From the IMG/VR virus record IMGVR_UViG_3300042448_002155, positions 32,001-96,000 of that record: a DNA stretch of 64,000 bases. One strand, written 5' to 3'. The DNA is from a virus. The notes under the pieces are model-generated. The model saw only the letters and a list, made by a program, of their open reading frames with translations, had not been told where the DNA came from and did not search any database. The position numbers and the translations under genes were made by a program. Of the stretch, positions 30,801 to 39,407 are shown one piece after another; the stretch's first letter is position 1, and every line of letters begins with the position of its first letter.

Positions 30801-31434
30801 TATCTTCTCTTCCTCCAAAAATTGGATCCACTAAGGCTTTTTGTCCAACATACAATGCTGGCAGTTCGTATGGCATTCGTCTTGCGGACGCAACCATTCT
30901 GGTCTGAATGGAGTCTCTACGCGCCCAGATTGCTGCTGGCTCATTTTCAATGCCTTTGCCCGCCTGATTGAGTTCTGCGGTAGTGAAATAATCACCCTTA
31001 TCAGTCAACTTTGTTTGACCTGCGGTTAACCTGCCATTGCTTTCAAAAACTAGATTACTATATGGGTCTAGCTGATCTGGATCCGCTCCGTCTATGGCTC
31101 TATTGACGCCACCTAGTTGGTCCATCTCTTTTCTGAGGCCAGTAAGACTTTTTACTGTCCTTGAAGAGAAACCTTCTGGATTAATGGAAGCCTGATCCTG
31201 AAGGGTTTTAGCTAGCTTCAGTCCACCTTCTCTAGTGATCTTACTAAGGACAAACATGGCGCCTAAAGTGGCTGCGCTCGTTGCAAAGAACCTTAGTACT
31301 GGATGGCCATTTAAGGCCTTGCTTACAAAGCCAGAGTTAGGAGCGTCACCTCGCTCCTCATCATTCATTGTCGGTAGGTCTCTAGACGTTACATTATAAC
31401 CTAAGTTTTGTATGGGTCCTGGATCTCTTACCAC
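24811..31434 (-). CDS. Tape measure-like protein (2207 aa)
   Basis: Very long, Ala/Gly-rich, probably helical protein with hydrophobic segments, directly downstream of two tail chaperone genes. Confidence 0.7.
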   Translation of the reverse strand: MVRDPGPIQNLGYNVTSRDLPTMNDEERGDAPNSGFVSKALNGHPVLRFFATSAATLGAMFVLSKITREGGLKLAKTLQDQASINPEGFSSRTVKSLTGLRKEMDQLGGVNRAIDGADPDQLDPYSNLVFESNGRLTAGQTKLTDKGDYFTTAELNQAGKGIENEPAAIWARRDSIQTRMVASARRMPYELPALYVGQKALVDPIFGGREDKPKVNWYNPVDVVTDFIKESSIALATMILPFELAGAAAGNARSSLHNFRQSMGDVARSSGVSSFKTKAAQRFTDLDDILGEVGHDLGKITNQALKVSSQTSAGIRAATTKYYENRPNITEVLHSVRNTNARQALANSADDNTLKRAAIFGRRLAFGDGADGNFGYVDLIPGLRGVGGAVNQGVNKFKETGIGYDVVNKALSFDAALRKGGALRKDGMTSDDLVGIVKSVQANFSSGTSRLANKIANTGGGGVGSKSFSGSEFHRSIEQVEYKKLLQKQILDLTPNSSRQGFSETLGKFIDDISVSSSATETSRKITIGKTKIIKEGDDAFDEILKRFSTTVDDPIEGGFLSTDALKTSIENTNRIFEGKEFQAAIMSKAEKGWNSVLENGIPRAASKVLKTKKANFEDFADLNNLSVSKKDFLIKRSAQRLGINLKDANGREVSNAVLAERLGKRGLDTDNLDSLRSFLVREKQIGTGIFSGGFNVFGLKAMTLDEGVSKGLFAGLGADERVALGEISKRMALADPTTTSSSVSVMKGMYTTRSGNVLDFSGLKQSVSNIGNFLANDLKIPIVNFNPARMLGKGSFDEMSGSTFFQIQQGKISQPFLPKGEQGADFYLSYGGGKSKSNVMAFKQGSLTGEFEAKELQGFYRPLSRRSNEMLSRSARNAASEGKAKSLNELEFADGKNRSNLLKRLGVSPERELALRQKFDVDYEQPNSIGRMLSRFAKRKTDPENPAFFARLLKNETVEAKGKQFKLNFADDTGAVTGISPGTGQEMITEGQMLRAFENFRNQSFKNPFPRRVMTRLEDSGIGLFNGRRVSSLNNVQDTQQFANDVLQARFHDASRIRQMGYETQTLEQAGSRIQNLLQKDDLLSGSHIRSTSPTILTREDALKDELYKYLIQRNELLASSSAGAAGKNFSNTFIELNNVLTAMAKELPPGQLAEAQAAGLATLFNISSMRANKAGLSELAVQRGALRNTAETLKGAEGLLDPFVTGTSQRIGEVGKSGLIKKALYPRLSTAPYRISESSSDALGSAMGPATDTLLVPTFGTVFAKNPYGAVKSALGINTYSSVESYSSASTAMSHSIERLNKYFGTIGLQLNVSQYGSPIGLFTSGMVGKRVLPLYGAGLGVMTVDRTIGGMVNEKDDRGERVYSPFFIGGAAKAVGNLQALGSGITPGGMNFQEKKEQLFEGEVAIRQGRFWPLGNTPFMGGKIMYYRPSIYRKLEAGAMFTSDNMGSPIERALFHTDISPLRPFDPYRYERKHFEDRPYPVSGEYFSGPFGPLVPALNATVGKILKPQTMMHQQEVAAGLANYAPAGQSGAYNADPYINGRGGVFGGMGGVAGGMTMGGFGGPPNGAQASSNAMLAGRAGSLNTARNETRNTISGINNQYMQMAYGPPKVSGIMPQRIVPAGSPLSVGNPQIQAQEFGYRAQEMLGIYGFAASSVRESFGLGQRDFAPQRSVLQSASKAYGTGRQFWDLNLGGLGDVPMLGGGQIGSIEFSEITRRFIPKERSGVDYINPIKNTMGRQYPFLPGSEYFTDFTTGDPFAKVPEGELRLPGVAYERLNRLSSDASGRYGVMDQYKILGDVAPYSKQFRSLDKTIDSMVNGPADKLKVQELRERSASLQQKKEFTEYKYKNSTPEQMGVNPNVHALGRMGEMLAHKDTFINKKFVNKQTATEDWERNNVYGATFPEWQRPFESFIAPMINKAGNRDPISATAALAVAGSFFGETSKGKLVMSTLGAITGLTVSSLHSANEAITGEKFIPRTRKKELALEEYADILNYTKNTRLAKMANMAGDKGAAFQYESAAKRTMYGAPIEDINSGKYGTDVESLSLSIPKRKREHFKAMINAPVEERKRILDTAGRLERRIYEAAWGMDVEKRPELTDYFARHELPDESWEGWHPNTSMDQVKIKIGQSMGLEMSQMGYYPQQLQEASLSNPSYPRFGGGSGSQTDTASRLRSLMSGMGVSGSVIPVMNPFGSEQIDINAGVR

Positions 31435-31448
31435 GTTTTTTCCTTAGT

Positions 31449-32078
31449 TCAGCCTGAACCCCACAGCTTTTGAGCAATGGGGTCTTGATAAGCTGCTTCT
31501 CCTTCTTTCTTAGAAAGATTATGACGAGCAGCTGAAACTTTTTGTTTTTGCACTTCTTCTTCAGGATCAATTAATTGAAGCGTTAAATTGGTTGCTTCCA
31601 TGCCGTTCATGTTTTGCTTTATTTCAATTATTTTTTCTGAAAGAGCTACATTTTCAGCTAATTCAGAGAATGTCATATTCTCTAAATCATCTGGAGTATA
31701 TGTAGATATAGTAGCGAGAACAAAGGCTTTCATTAAATTCTTAACTTCTGTAGCTTGATATCTTTTTTCTTCAAGAACGCTTTTAGCTAAGGATACGGTA
31801 AAGAAACCTGATATATCTAATATCTCTTGAGACAATGAAGAAACTGCCCCAGGAGGTATTGACATTAGGTCAAAATCTTCTGGATGGATAATAGCGTATG
31901 ACAAGATTAAGTCTTCCATATCTGCGGAAGAAAAACCATCCAAACCTTGTAGGTATAATATTTTATTATATTCTTTAAAGGTTAGTTCTCTAAAAACTAA
32001 AGATTGACCTTTAACGTCAACGCTGTAGATATTTCCATATTTACTTTTTAAAGTAAATACTAACTCTGGATCTATCAT
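31449..32078 (-). CDS. Tail assembly chaperone (paralogue 2)
   Basis: LKSKYGNIYSV...VFRELTFKEY...PGAVSSLSQEILDISGF; paralogous to the upstream gene; precedes the tape measure. Confidence 0.7.
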   Translation of the reverse strand: MIDPELVFTLKSKYGNIYSVDVKGQSLVFRELTFKEYNKILYLQGLDGFSSADMEDLILSYAIIHPEDFDLMSIPPGAVSSLSQEILDISGFFTVSLAKSVLEEKRYQATEVKNLMKAFVLATISTYTPDDLENMTFSELAENVALSEKIIEIKQNMNGMEATNLTLQLIDPEEEVQKQKVSAARHNLSKKEGEAAYQDPIAQKLWGSG

Positions 32079-32081
32079 ATG

Positions 32082-32636
32082 TTACAGCTGTCTTACCTCT
32101 AGCGCCACGAAGCCTGAAGCCTCTAGTACCTCTTGAGCAATCAGGGATGGAAGGCCAGCCATAAATCCAACAGCGTTGTTCTTATCAAACTTTGGATAAA
32201 GCATACACAGTTCAGATATGGTCTCTTCATTCCAGAGATTAGCTTCTGCTGTGGTTAATTGTCCTGCCTGAACTAACTGTTCCATTTTTTTAACAATCTG
32301 CTTATATTCAGCGCGATTCAAAACTCTCCACACGATATGCTTATCGTAGGTAATGGAAGTGACATAGATATCGCCGTACTGCTTTTTCCAGTCTTTGACT
32401 GTGCCAGCTAATGGCCCACCATTCCAGATTGCTTCTTCGTCCGGAACATCTTCTATATCTTGATAATCAACATTTACTTCTGGATCTTCTGTGTCTTCTA
32501 AGCCGGTAGAATATCCCGATAAAAGGTCACTTGCCTTTGGGTCATCCGATAACTCTAAGTCTACAGTAGTAGTTTCAAAGTCTTCTCCAGATTCAATATC
32601 TAAATTTTTAATAACAACTTTTCTCTTGGAATCCAT
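32082..32636 (-). CDS. Tail assembly chaperone (paralogue 1)
   Basis: WKKQYGDIYV...VWRVLNRAEY...AGLPSLIAQEVLEASGF; lies between tube genes and tape measure. Confidence 0.7.
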   Translation of the reverse strand: MDSKRKVVIKNLDIESGEDFETTTVDLELSDDPKASDLLSGYSTGLEDTEDPEVNVDYQDIEDVPDEEAIWNGGPLAGTVKDWKKQYGDIYVTSITYDKHIVWRVLNRAEYKQIVKKMEQLVQAGQLTTAEANLWNEETISELCMLYPKFDKNNAVGFMAGLPSLIAQEVLEASGFVALEVRQL

Positions 32637-32664
32637 AATTACTCTCTTTCATTTCAATTAATTC

Positions 32665-32675
32665 ATTATATCATA
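32665..32675 (-). promoter_or_regulatory. Extended -10 promoter (TGaTATAAT) upstream of the tail chaperone
   Basis: Minus strand reads TATGATATAAT about 30 nt upstream of the ATG at 32636. Confidence 0.6.
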
Positions 32676-32737
32676 TAATACTTATTTGAGCAAGCGCTTT
32701 AAGAGGTTAAAAACTGAGTCGTATTCCTTATTGACTC

Positions 32738-33673
32738 CTACCCTCTCTGTAAATTGCCCACTGTAGATGTCGTTGTTGCCGCAGCTGCAGCTGCTTCTGC
32801 TGTTGCAGAAAGGTTAGAGGCTACGCCAGACTTAATGAACGAAAGGTCACCTTCAGTGAAATAGTGATCTCTTGCCATGAATTGGTAGCTTTCGCCAATA
32901 GGTTGACCACCCGGCCCGTATGCTATTGACATATTTGTCAAATTTATTTCCTGTATCACTATTTTCATGGGATTGACAATTCCATCTGACTTGATAGTTC
33001 TTTGGTTGACGTCAGAAATCATCATTCTGTCTATATTGTCGGAAATATTAATATCTTCAGATTGATATAAATTTAATGGAGACAATGCTACTTCTTCCAA
33101 CCCATATACTATAATTAAATTAAATGGTGGATGAGCGCTAAAAATATTTCTATTGGAATTTTCTATATTCTTAGCGAAGGGATCATCTGTTATTCTGTCA
33201 AGCTGACCTCTAGCCCAATACTTCTCTACTAACTTTTCTTCTTCTTCTGTTTCAAAACTAGATCTTAAATCAGATATCGTTCCATTAGTTGAACGGTTTT
33301 TTCTTTCTGTGCGAGCCCTAACAGCGGCTGCTTTTTCTAAAAGCTCTGTCATTCGTCTCGGATACTTAGAAAACATTGTCATTTCTCCGGTAATAATTCT
33401 AGTACCGTACATCATGGCATCATAGTTATAGGACCAGAATCCATATAGCGGCTGCTTTTCTTGTCTTACGTTAAAGGCAAAGCTGGCAATATCTAGTTCA
33501 TCTTCAGGAGAGAATAATCCGTCTATATATATTCGGATATCTTCTCCGCTGAAATAATAATCATAATAATTACTAAAGCGTAGATCGTCCTTTTTACCAC
33601 CGCTCCACAAGGAGTCTATTGTTTCATGGAGAGGATCGTACTCTCTCATGTTATTTGTGTTTCTAATTGTCAT
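32738..33673 (-). CDS. Tail tube-like protein, paralogue 3
   Basis: YFSGEDI...FNVRQEKQPLYGF...GTRIITGEM...PPFNLII; similar to the two upstream tube genes. Confidence 0.7.
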   Translation of the reverse strand: MTIRNTNNMREYDPLHETIDSLWSGGKKDDLRFSNYYDYYFSGEDIRIYIDGLFSPEDELDIASFAFNVRQEKQPLYGFWSYNYDAMMYGTRIITGEMTMFSKYPRRMTELLEKAAAVRARTERKNRSTNGTISDLRSSFETEEEEKLVEKYWARGQLDRITDDPFAKNIENSNRNIFSAHPPFNLIIVYGLEEVALSPLNLYQSEDINISDNIDRMMISDVNQRTIKSDGIVNPMKIVIQEINLTNMSIAYGPGGQPIGESYQFMARDHYFTEGDLSFIKSGVASNLSATAEAAAAAATTTSTVGNLQRG

Positions 33674-34455
33674 GCTGGAGGCTTCACCTGAGTTGTATTA
33701 TTTTCGTTCTTTTTAGGATTATATTTCTTTTCATAGTATTCTTCTTCATTCAAGGAAGCTAGCTCTTCCACTATAAGATCGCCAAATATATTTGAACCAA
33801 TATTTAAATCTCTTGATTTCATTGCCTGTGTATATGTCGGATCAGTGGGCACTAAACTATCATTCGGCATCTTGATAAGTGGCTGGATTCCTCTTGCCAT
33901 ATATGTATATGTCTGCTCTGTTATCAAGTCATCTATGGATAATGTTTGACCTTCGTCAACTATAGTAACTCCAAAAATTTTCATCTTAGCCCCAATTCCA
34001 TATTCATTAAAAAATGTAATGACAATATCAAATGGTGGCAACATATCTGCAAGCGGAGCAAAAAAGCCTTGCTTCCTGGCTAGGTATTCTCTAAACTGCT
34101 TTATTCTGTAGAAAGCATACTCATTAAAAACGGTAAATATTAAACTTCCAGCAATAGTTCTTCCACCCTTAACAAAACCCCTGACATTTACATGGCCCAA
34201 TGTTCTTATGGGGGAGTTCTCTCTGTGTATCGAGTATGAAATTGTTTGAAGTTCTCCAAGCGTTATTATGTCGCCCTGTGCTTCAACGTTGCCTGTTTTA
34301 CCTATCACTGGAACTATCATAGTCGCTACTGCGTCTGCTCCAGAGAAGGACATATTTGACATGTATTTATCAAAGTCGAATAAGTCAGTACCAGCGTTTT
34401 CTTTATTCTCTTCTTTTTTTGTCAACTTAAAAGGGAATGTTTGCCCTCGTGTCAT
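33670..34455 (-). CDS. Tail tube-like protein, paralogue 2
   Basis: SFSGADAVA...ISYSIHRENSPIRTLG...RTIAGSLIFTVF...LPPFDIVITFFNEYG...TYMAR. Confidence 0.75.
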   Translation of the reverse strand: MTRGQTFPFKLTKKEENKENAGTDLFDFDKYMSNMSFSGADAVATMIVPVIGKTGNVEAQGDIITLGELQTISYSIHRENSPIRTLGHVNVRGFVKGGRTIAGSLIFTVFNEYAFYRIKQFREYLARKQGFFAPLADMLPPFDIVITFFNEYGIGAKMKIFGVTIVDEGQTLSIDDLITEQTYTYMARGIQPLIKMPNDSLVPTDPTYTQAMKSRDLNIGSNIFGDLIVEELASLNEEEYYEKKYNPKKNENNTTQVKPPA

Positions 34456-34466
34456 ATGTTTCTCCT

Positions 34467-34508
34467 AAAAATAAAAAGGTGCATGGAAGAAGCCTCCCAT
34501 GCACCTTT
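34467..34508 (-). terminator. Rho-independent terminator after the major tail tube gene
   Basis: Minus strand AAAGGTGCATGG-GAGGCTTCTT-CCATGCACCTTT followed by TTATTTTT. Confidence 0.9.
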
Positions 34509-34527
34509 CACATAAAATTACACTCTA

Positions 34528-35190
34528 TCAGGGTCTGATAATTGTGGTGTTCAATCCTTCAGGCGGAATGCCTACCAGATTAGTCGGATCGACAAGAGTA
34601 TCATTTCTGATGACATACATGGGACCAAGCTCACGAGCTACATAGGTCATTGTTTCTTCAATAACGATATCGTCCATTGATGCGCCCGAACCTTCGTTCA
34701 AAAGTTCGCAACCATAGATTGATCTTACTGCAGCTTGACCGTATTCGTTAGCAAAAGTCACGGTAATGTCAAATGGCGGAATCTGATCAGCGTAGTAAGG
34801 AACTTTTCTTACGACGCCAGTCTTCTGCTCGTTGACATCAGCAATACCTCGTCTGTGACCATTGTCGCCAGGTAATGTATTGTGGCTTCTTGTGTAGAAG
34901 TCCATGGGTCTGTTTTGTGTATAGTTTTGTTCCAACATCTTATAAAGCGCGGGACGATCAAACACTGTAAAGATTAAAGAGCCAGCTATTCCTCTTTTGC
35001 CTCTTGAGAAAGAGCGAGGATTAGGTGAACCCATAGTATAGATTGGAGCCTTTTCTCTAGTGACAGAGAACGTAATGCCTGATAAGGCACCGATCTCTAC
35101 TCCACCAAATGTGGCTACAATGTCCGCTCCTGAGAACGTGGTGTAAGTATTGAGATACTTATTAACTGATGTATATTCTTCTGCTGCCAT
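34528..35190 (-). CDS. Major tail tube protein
   Basis: TFSGADIVATF...SVTREKAPIYTMG...RGIAGSLIFTVFDR...IPPFDITVTFANEYG; follows sheath; AGGAGG SD; followed by a terminator. Confidence 0.85.
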   Translation of the reverse strand: MAAEEYTSVNKYLNTYTTFSGADIVATFGGVEIGALSGITFSVTREKAPIYTMGSPNPRSFSRGKRGIAGSLIFTVFDRPALYKMLEQNYTQNRPMDFYTRSHNTLPGDNGHRRGIADVNEQKTGVVRKVPYYADQIPPFDITVTFANEYGQAAVRSIYGCELLNEGSGASMDDIVIEETMTYVARELGPMYVIRNDTLVDPTNLVGIPPEGLNTTIIRP

Positions 35191-35216
35191 TTAAGTTACC
35201 CTCCTAGTCGGTAAAT

Positions 35217-36455
35217 TTATAGACTAATGGCCACTCTGACTTCGATCTCTTTGAGTTCGAAGGCAGGTGTTAAAATAAGGTCTACAACCGCCTTGTTTTC
35301 GTTCGGGATATAAGAGACCGTGAAGTCACTACCGAGCAAGGCTCCTACTATTTGCATACCTCTCAAGCCAGAAGTAATTGCTGTTTCCATCGAATTTCTT
35401 GTTTGAATATTTGATGGCTCACCAACGAATCTCTGGCAGGCTTGTCTAACAACTGAAGTAGCATCGTTGATGATTCTCTTGGTTGATAGTCGAGTGTAAT
35501 CTGATGTGGACCATGCAAAGGTTAGTCCATCTCCGAATACTGGGATCTTGTTAAAGTTAATAACAACAGTGTTAATACCCTTAGCTGATAAAGCTGTTTG
35601 CTGTGTTCTCGTAGGCGAGTATCTTACTGATTCAACATTATAAACAGCCTTGTTAACGATTGAGCTGTACGAAGGCAATATGCTCATTGTAGCAGCGAGG
35701 TGTGCTGCGCCGTTTGCATAGCCAAAGTCAGTTGTTCCAGAAACGTAATTAACTGGCTTGATTTCTGCAGCAACGACGACTACATACGGTCCAGTCTCCT
35801 TCAACAGGTCGCTGGCGTCTCTGTCGGGAAGATTGGTAAGAGCCAAATGCGTGTTTGTGTTTCCTGGAGTCATCGTTTCCGAAGCTCCATTGTAAGACTT
35901 GACGCCCATAACTGCTATGCAAGGATTAATATTTTCCGAAATATCTTTAACTTTTACCGAAACCTTATATGCCCAGTTATAGTCTACAGTAGCAGAGTTA
36001 TCTGCGTAGAAGGCACGGGTTGAGTCATCGGGTGAATCCGGCGTTGCTGCCCATTCGCTAGGGCGACCACCACGACCCCAAGGGACAATAATGTCTGGGA
36101 TGCATGATTCTGCTGCAATAAAAATATCATTAAAAATGTCTACTCCGCCACTGGTGACGGCACCGGTAGCTGGGACAAATGTGGTATTGCTTGGCAACGG
36201 GACGATATAAATTCTTCCCGCTCCACCAATAATAAGCTCAAGAAACGCTCTGTGTGCATCTGAGCCATTACCAAAAGCTGTGATAACGTCTGCTTCATTG
36301 GAGGCCCGGACAACATCAAGATCTGATATTCCACCAGTTCCACTAGCTGTACTCCGCTTTGCTATTGCAACAATTCTAGGACCAGCTGGCGTGTCCTGAC
36401 GTGAGACGCTATAAAAGCGATCTCTGATTAAAGTTCTTACTCCAGGTATAGCCAT
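35217..36455 (-). CDS. Tail sheath protein (major)
   Basis: C-terminal sheath pattern LSAKGINTV...YTRLSTKRII...FVGEPSN...LTPAFELKEIEV; GGAGG SD. Confidence 0.85.
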   Translation of the reverse strand: MAIPGVRTLIRDRFYSVSRQDTPAGPRIVAIAKRSTASGTGGISDLDVVRASNEADVITAFGNGSDAHRAFLELIIGGAGRIYIVPLPSNTTFVPATGAVTSGGVDIFNDIFIAAESCIPDIIVPWGRGGRPSEWAATPDSPDDSTRAFYADNSATVDYNWAYKVSVKVKDISENINPCIAVMGVKSYNGASETMTPGNTNTHLALTNLPDRDASDLLKETGPYVVVVAAEIKPVNYVSGTTDFGYANGAAHLAATMSILPSYSSIVNKAVYNVESVRYSPTRTQQTALSAKGINTVVINFNKIPVFGDGLTFAWSTSDYTRLSTKRIINDATSVVRQACQRFVGEPSNIQTRNSMETAITSGLRGMQIVGALLGSDFTVSYIPNENKAVVDLILTPAFELKEIEVRVAISL

Positions 36456-36504
36456 TTTATTTTTTATCCTCCAAATTTCAAAACTCTATTTGAATCTTTC
36501 TTTA

Positions 36505-36524
36505 TAGTAACACATAACTTATAA
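36505..36524 (-). promoter_or_regulatory. Putative phage late promoter TTATAA-N8-TTACTA upstream of sheath
   Basis: Motif recurs upstream of several structural operons. Confidence 0.55.
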
Positions 36525-36569
36525 AAACAACTACAAACTTAATTTTGGCAGAGATTAATATATACCATA

Positions 36570-37433
36570 TTAGATATTGGGTGTTGCACCCTGGAAAAGG
36601 TCTATTATATTCACTTCTGTTCCAGCGTAGTTTGGTGTTGCTAGTTGATTCCTAATAAGATCTTTTTCATAGGCCATCCATGTTCTTGCGTCAACGACAA
36701 TTTTTTCAATTCTATTATTAGCTATTGCAAACGTTTTTTCAGTAGTTAACATATATGTGACGGTTCTTTTGTGTATATCCTTGCCGTCTCTGTTTATTTC
36801 TGAATCTGATAATCTTCTAGAATATACTAATTCAGATGCGCCTGCGGCTTTAAAAATTGAAGTATATTCCAGCATAAAGTCTTCAAAAGCTTCCATGACC
36901 TGATCACATAAAACCGCTGCGTCAAGATCATCTCTGGTTGTCGTACTATTTGCCCCTTGGAAAGTTCCGACCTTACTCATGACCGTAAAACCTACGACGT
37001 TTTGGAATTTCTGACCATAGATTGTTACCGAATTAGAAAGTACATTTTGACGCATTCTTGGCTTTGGCTCTGTGGTGTGGGATTTTCTTAGCTCTAAATG
37101 ATAACCAATTATTGCTGGAAAGTCATCTAGTCCAACACTCGTAGAAGACGGGGCTGATGAAAGATCTCTTGTGGAGTTTTCAATACCTCCAGAGTCACTA
37201 TACGTGACGGATGATTCTCTATTTATACTTAATGGCAGTATTGGTATTGTTGGATAGCTTTCTTCCCATATTTTTTTAACTAAACTAACAAACTCTAGGT
37301 AATTTAGATTTCCAGTGTATACCTCTTCGATTCCATCGCTATCTAACCTGCGATAGCCAGGAGCCTGTAGAGCCGGTAAACCGTATCTTGCATTTTCAGA
37401 AAAGTGAGGAAAATCTCTATTTAAATAACTCAT
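36570..37433 (-). CDS. Putative tail completion/terminator protein
   Basis: Lies between neck/sheath-like genes and the sheath; YGQKFQNVVGFTV...FEDFMLEY. Confidence 0.5.
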   Translation of the reverse strand: MSYLNRDFPHFSENARYGLPALQAPGYRRLDSDGIEEVYTGNLNYLEFVSLVKKIWEESYPTIPILPLSINRESSVTYSDSGGIENSTRDLSSAPSSTSVGLDDFPAIIGYHLELRKSHTTEPKPRMRQNVLSNSVTIYGQKFQNVVGFTVMSKVGTFQGANSTTTRDDLDAAVLCDQVMEAFEDFMLEYTSIFKAAGASELVYSRRLSDSEINRDGKDIHKRTVTYMLTTEKTFAIANNRIEKIVVDARTWMAYEKDLIRNQLATPNYAGTEVNIIDLFQGATPNI

Positions 37434-37434
37434 A

Positions 37435-39033
37435 TTATGCTCCTGGTCCAGCTGCTAGTGAAAAGTCTATTCTTTTTAGCCCAAAGGATGAAAGCAATTC
37501 GACCTCAAAAATAAAAACACCTCTTTGTGTTTCTGATATCTGAACGTTAAATGAGAAGTCATTTATGACTGAATTTCTTTTAAGTAGCTGTAAAAATTCT
37601 CTAGTTTCAGAAACTATTTGATCAAAAGCCATAATATCGAAATGTGATAATGCTATTCCTTTTATTTCGCTAACGACTAAAGAGACTAATCTCATTTGCG
37701 CTAGTTTCGTAAAGGTTGAATACTGATTGGCCATCGTGTATTCGTTAGTCAAATACACCTCAAAAGGTACTGCTCTTCTCGTTTTCTTGCCACGATATAA
37801 TGTATTAATTCCAATATTTTCTAATCTCTGGTATTCTGCCTGAGTAAGATCGTTACCAAATAAAGACATGGCGCCTGGAACTCGACTTCTAATCAAAGCC
37901 TTATTGAGCGGAGAATCTGATACCATTCCAGCTACCGCCGCTGCAGCGCCAGAGACATAGCTTAGCTTTATCTGAGGATGCTGGAAAACCATTTCTCCAT
38001 AGACTGGCACTATGTATCTGCCTTTATCTGAGGATATTTGACCTGTAGCCTGATTGTATACAGTAAATTTATCAGTAAATATAGGATTCTGCTCAAGTAT
38101 ATCTATGTCTGATGACTTTATTCCATTAGTTTTAGATCCTATAATTCCTATCTGTACATTTCCTGTACTATTGTGGAAATCTGAACAATAATTTGCTAGC
38201 TGCGTAACAAAGTCTACTGAACCCGTTTCGATAATAGATGTTTCCAGTGGGACTATTATATCTACAAAATCCAAATCTATTATATCTTCATAGGTTTGTT
38301 CAAGTCTTTCATAATATTTTTCATAAAAAGTTTGAGAACTAGGAGTTGCTTGATCTCGATTAAATACTGTAGTAGATATGAATCTTCCCTCATAACTTTG
38401 AACATACTCTATCATTGGCGCAGATGCGCATATCATTATGTCTCTTGCCCCGCAGGAGTATGCGTCTAAAACTCCTCGCAAAAGTGGACTGTCAAGATCT
38501 GCTTGGAGCAAATCTACTGCCTGCTGTATGGAGTTAATTTTTACTGGATAGTTTAATTGCACACCATCAGCGTGCCCTATTAGTAGAATCGTGCTCGTAT
38601 TATTTCTATTTAATTGCTGATATGTCGGCTTATAGTTTATAACGCTAGACTTAGGGGAGGTTATAGTTGCCGGAGATAATGTATTGGTAGATTGTTTTAC
38701 CTGAAAAACTGAGCCTATATTAATGTCTCTTGCTGAACTGTTAGTTCTCGCTAAAACTGTGTAGTTATATTCATATAGGTTTTGAGGAACAGTATAATGG
38801 AATGTATATTCTCCATTGGAGATTTTTTCGATTCTATTGCCGGTAGCTTCTGGATCTTGATCTAAATAAAGATATGGACCATCAATTATTGGCCCCGCTC
38901 CGTTGTCGCCTCTAACGACATATACACTTATGTCTACTGGGGTAGCCAAACTCGTTGGATCATAAATTGTTCCATCAAAATCTGTAAACACAAATTTAAA
39001 TTGGGCTGTCTGCCCCTTGGATAAAACTAACAT
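37435..39033 (-). CDS. Second tail sheath-like protein with N-terminal Ig-like domain
   Basis: LENIGINTLY...LAQMRLVSLVVSEIK...VINDFSF resembles the sheath C-terminus; probable ATG at 39033 (MLVLSKGQ). Confidence 0.7.
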   Translation of the reverse strand: MLVLSKGQTAQFKFVFTDFDGTIYDPTSLATPVDISVYVVRGDNGAGPIIDGPYLYLDQDPEATGNRIEKISNGEYTFHYTVPQNLYEYNYTVLARTNSSARDINIGSVFQVKQSTNTLSPATITSPKSSVINYKPTYQQLNRNNTSTILLIGHADGVQLNYPVKINSIQQAVDLLQADLDSPLLRGVLDAYSCGARDIMICASAPMIEYVQSYEGRFISTTVFNRDQATPSSQTFYEKYYERLEQTYEDIIDLDFVDIIVPLETSIIETGSVDFVTQLANYCSDFHNSTGNVQIGIIGSKTNGIKSSDIDILEQNPIFTDKFTVYNQATGQISSDKGRYIVPVYGEMVFQHPQIKLSYVSGAAAAVAGMVSDSPLNKALIRSRVPGAMSLFGNDLTQAEYQRLENIGINTLYRGKKTRRAVPFEVYLTNEYTMANQYSTFTKLAQMRLVSLVVSEIKGIALSHFDIMAFDQIVSETREFLQLLKRNSVINDFSFNVQISETQRGVFIFEVELLSSFGLKRIDFSLAAGPGA

Positions 39034-39035
39034 TT

Positions 39036-39407
39036 TTACTTCTCTCTTGTGGCTCCGACAGTCCAATAGTTTATTTTGCCGAACCTACCTCTAACTGCAG
39101 TGACCGCAGCTATGCTGAACATCGTATAATTTTTACTTGATTTTAAAGAATAATTTTCATATATTCTATCCCCTTCTTTAGGGAAGATATTTTCTTCAAA
39201 ATAGTATACTGCGTCGTAGTTGGTTAAAATTCCTTGTTGAGTTTCAGTAGAAGAATTTGCATTGGTTATACCAGACTGACCAACCTGACGTGTTGTTACT
39301 CTTTCAAAGTGATCAGAATGATTTCCATTTGATAGTATTCTTTGCACATAAACGTCGTGTCCCCATTGCCTAAGTATGCGATTAAAGGATTTCTTTGCAT
39401 CAATCAT
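39036..39407 (-). CDS. Putative head closure/neck protein
   Basis: About 123 aa, probable start MIDAKK; YYFEENIFPKEGDRIYE; neck position. Confidence 0.5.
   Translation of the reverse strand: MIDAKKSFNRILRQWGHDVYVQRILSNGNHSDHFERVTTRQVGQSGITNANSSTETQQGILTNYDAVYYFEENIFPKEGDRIYENYSLKSSKNYTMFSIAAVTAVRGRFGKINYWTVGATREK

Noticed and set aside
31449-32636. Programmed frameshift between tail chaperones (lambda G/GT type)
   Set aside because: No clear slippery heptamer at the end of the first gene; the second has its own ATG and is a full paralogue
35196-35214. TTACC/GGTAA hairpin overlapping the tail tube SD
   Set aside because: Only a 5-bp stem; too weak to distinguish from chance
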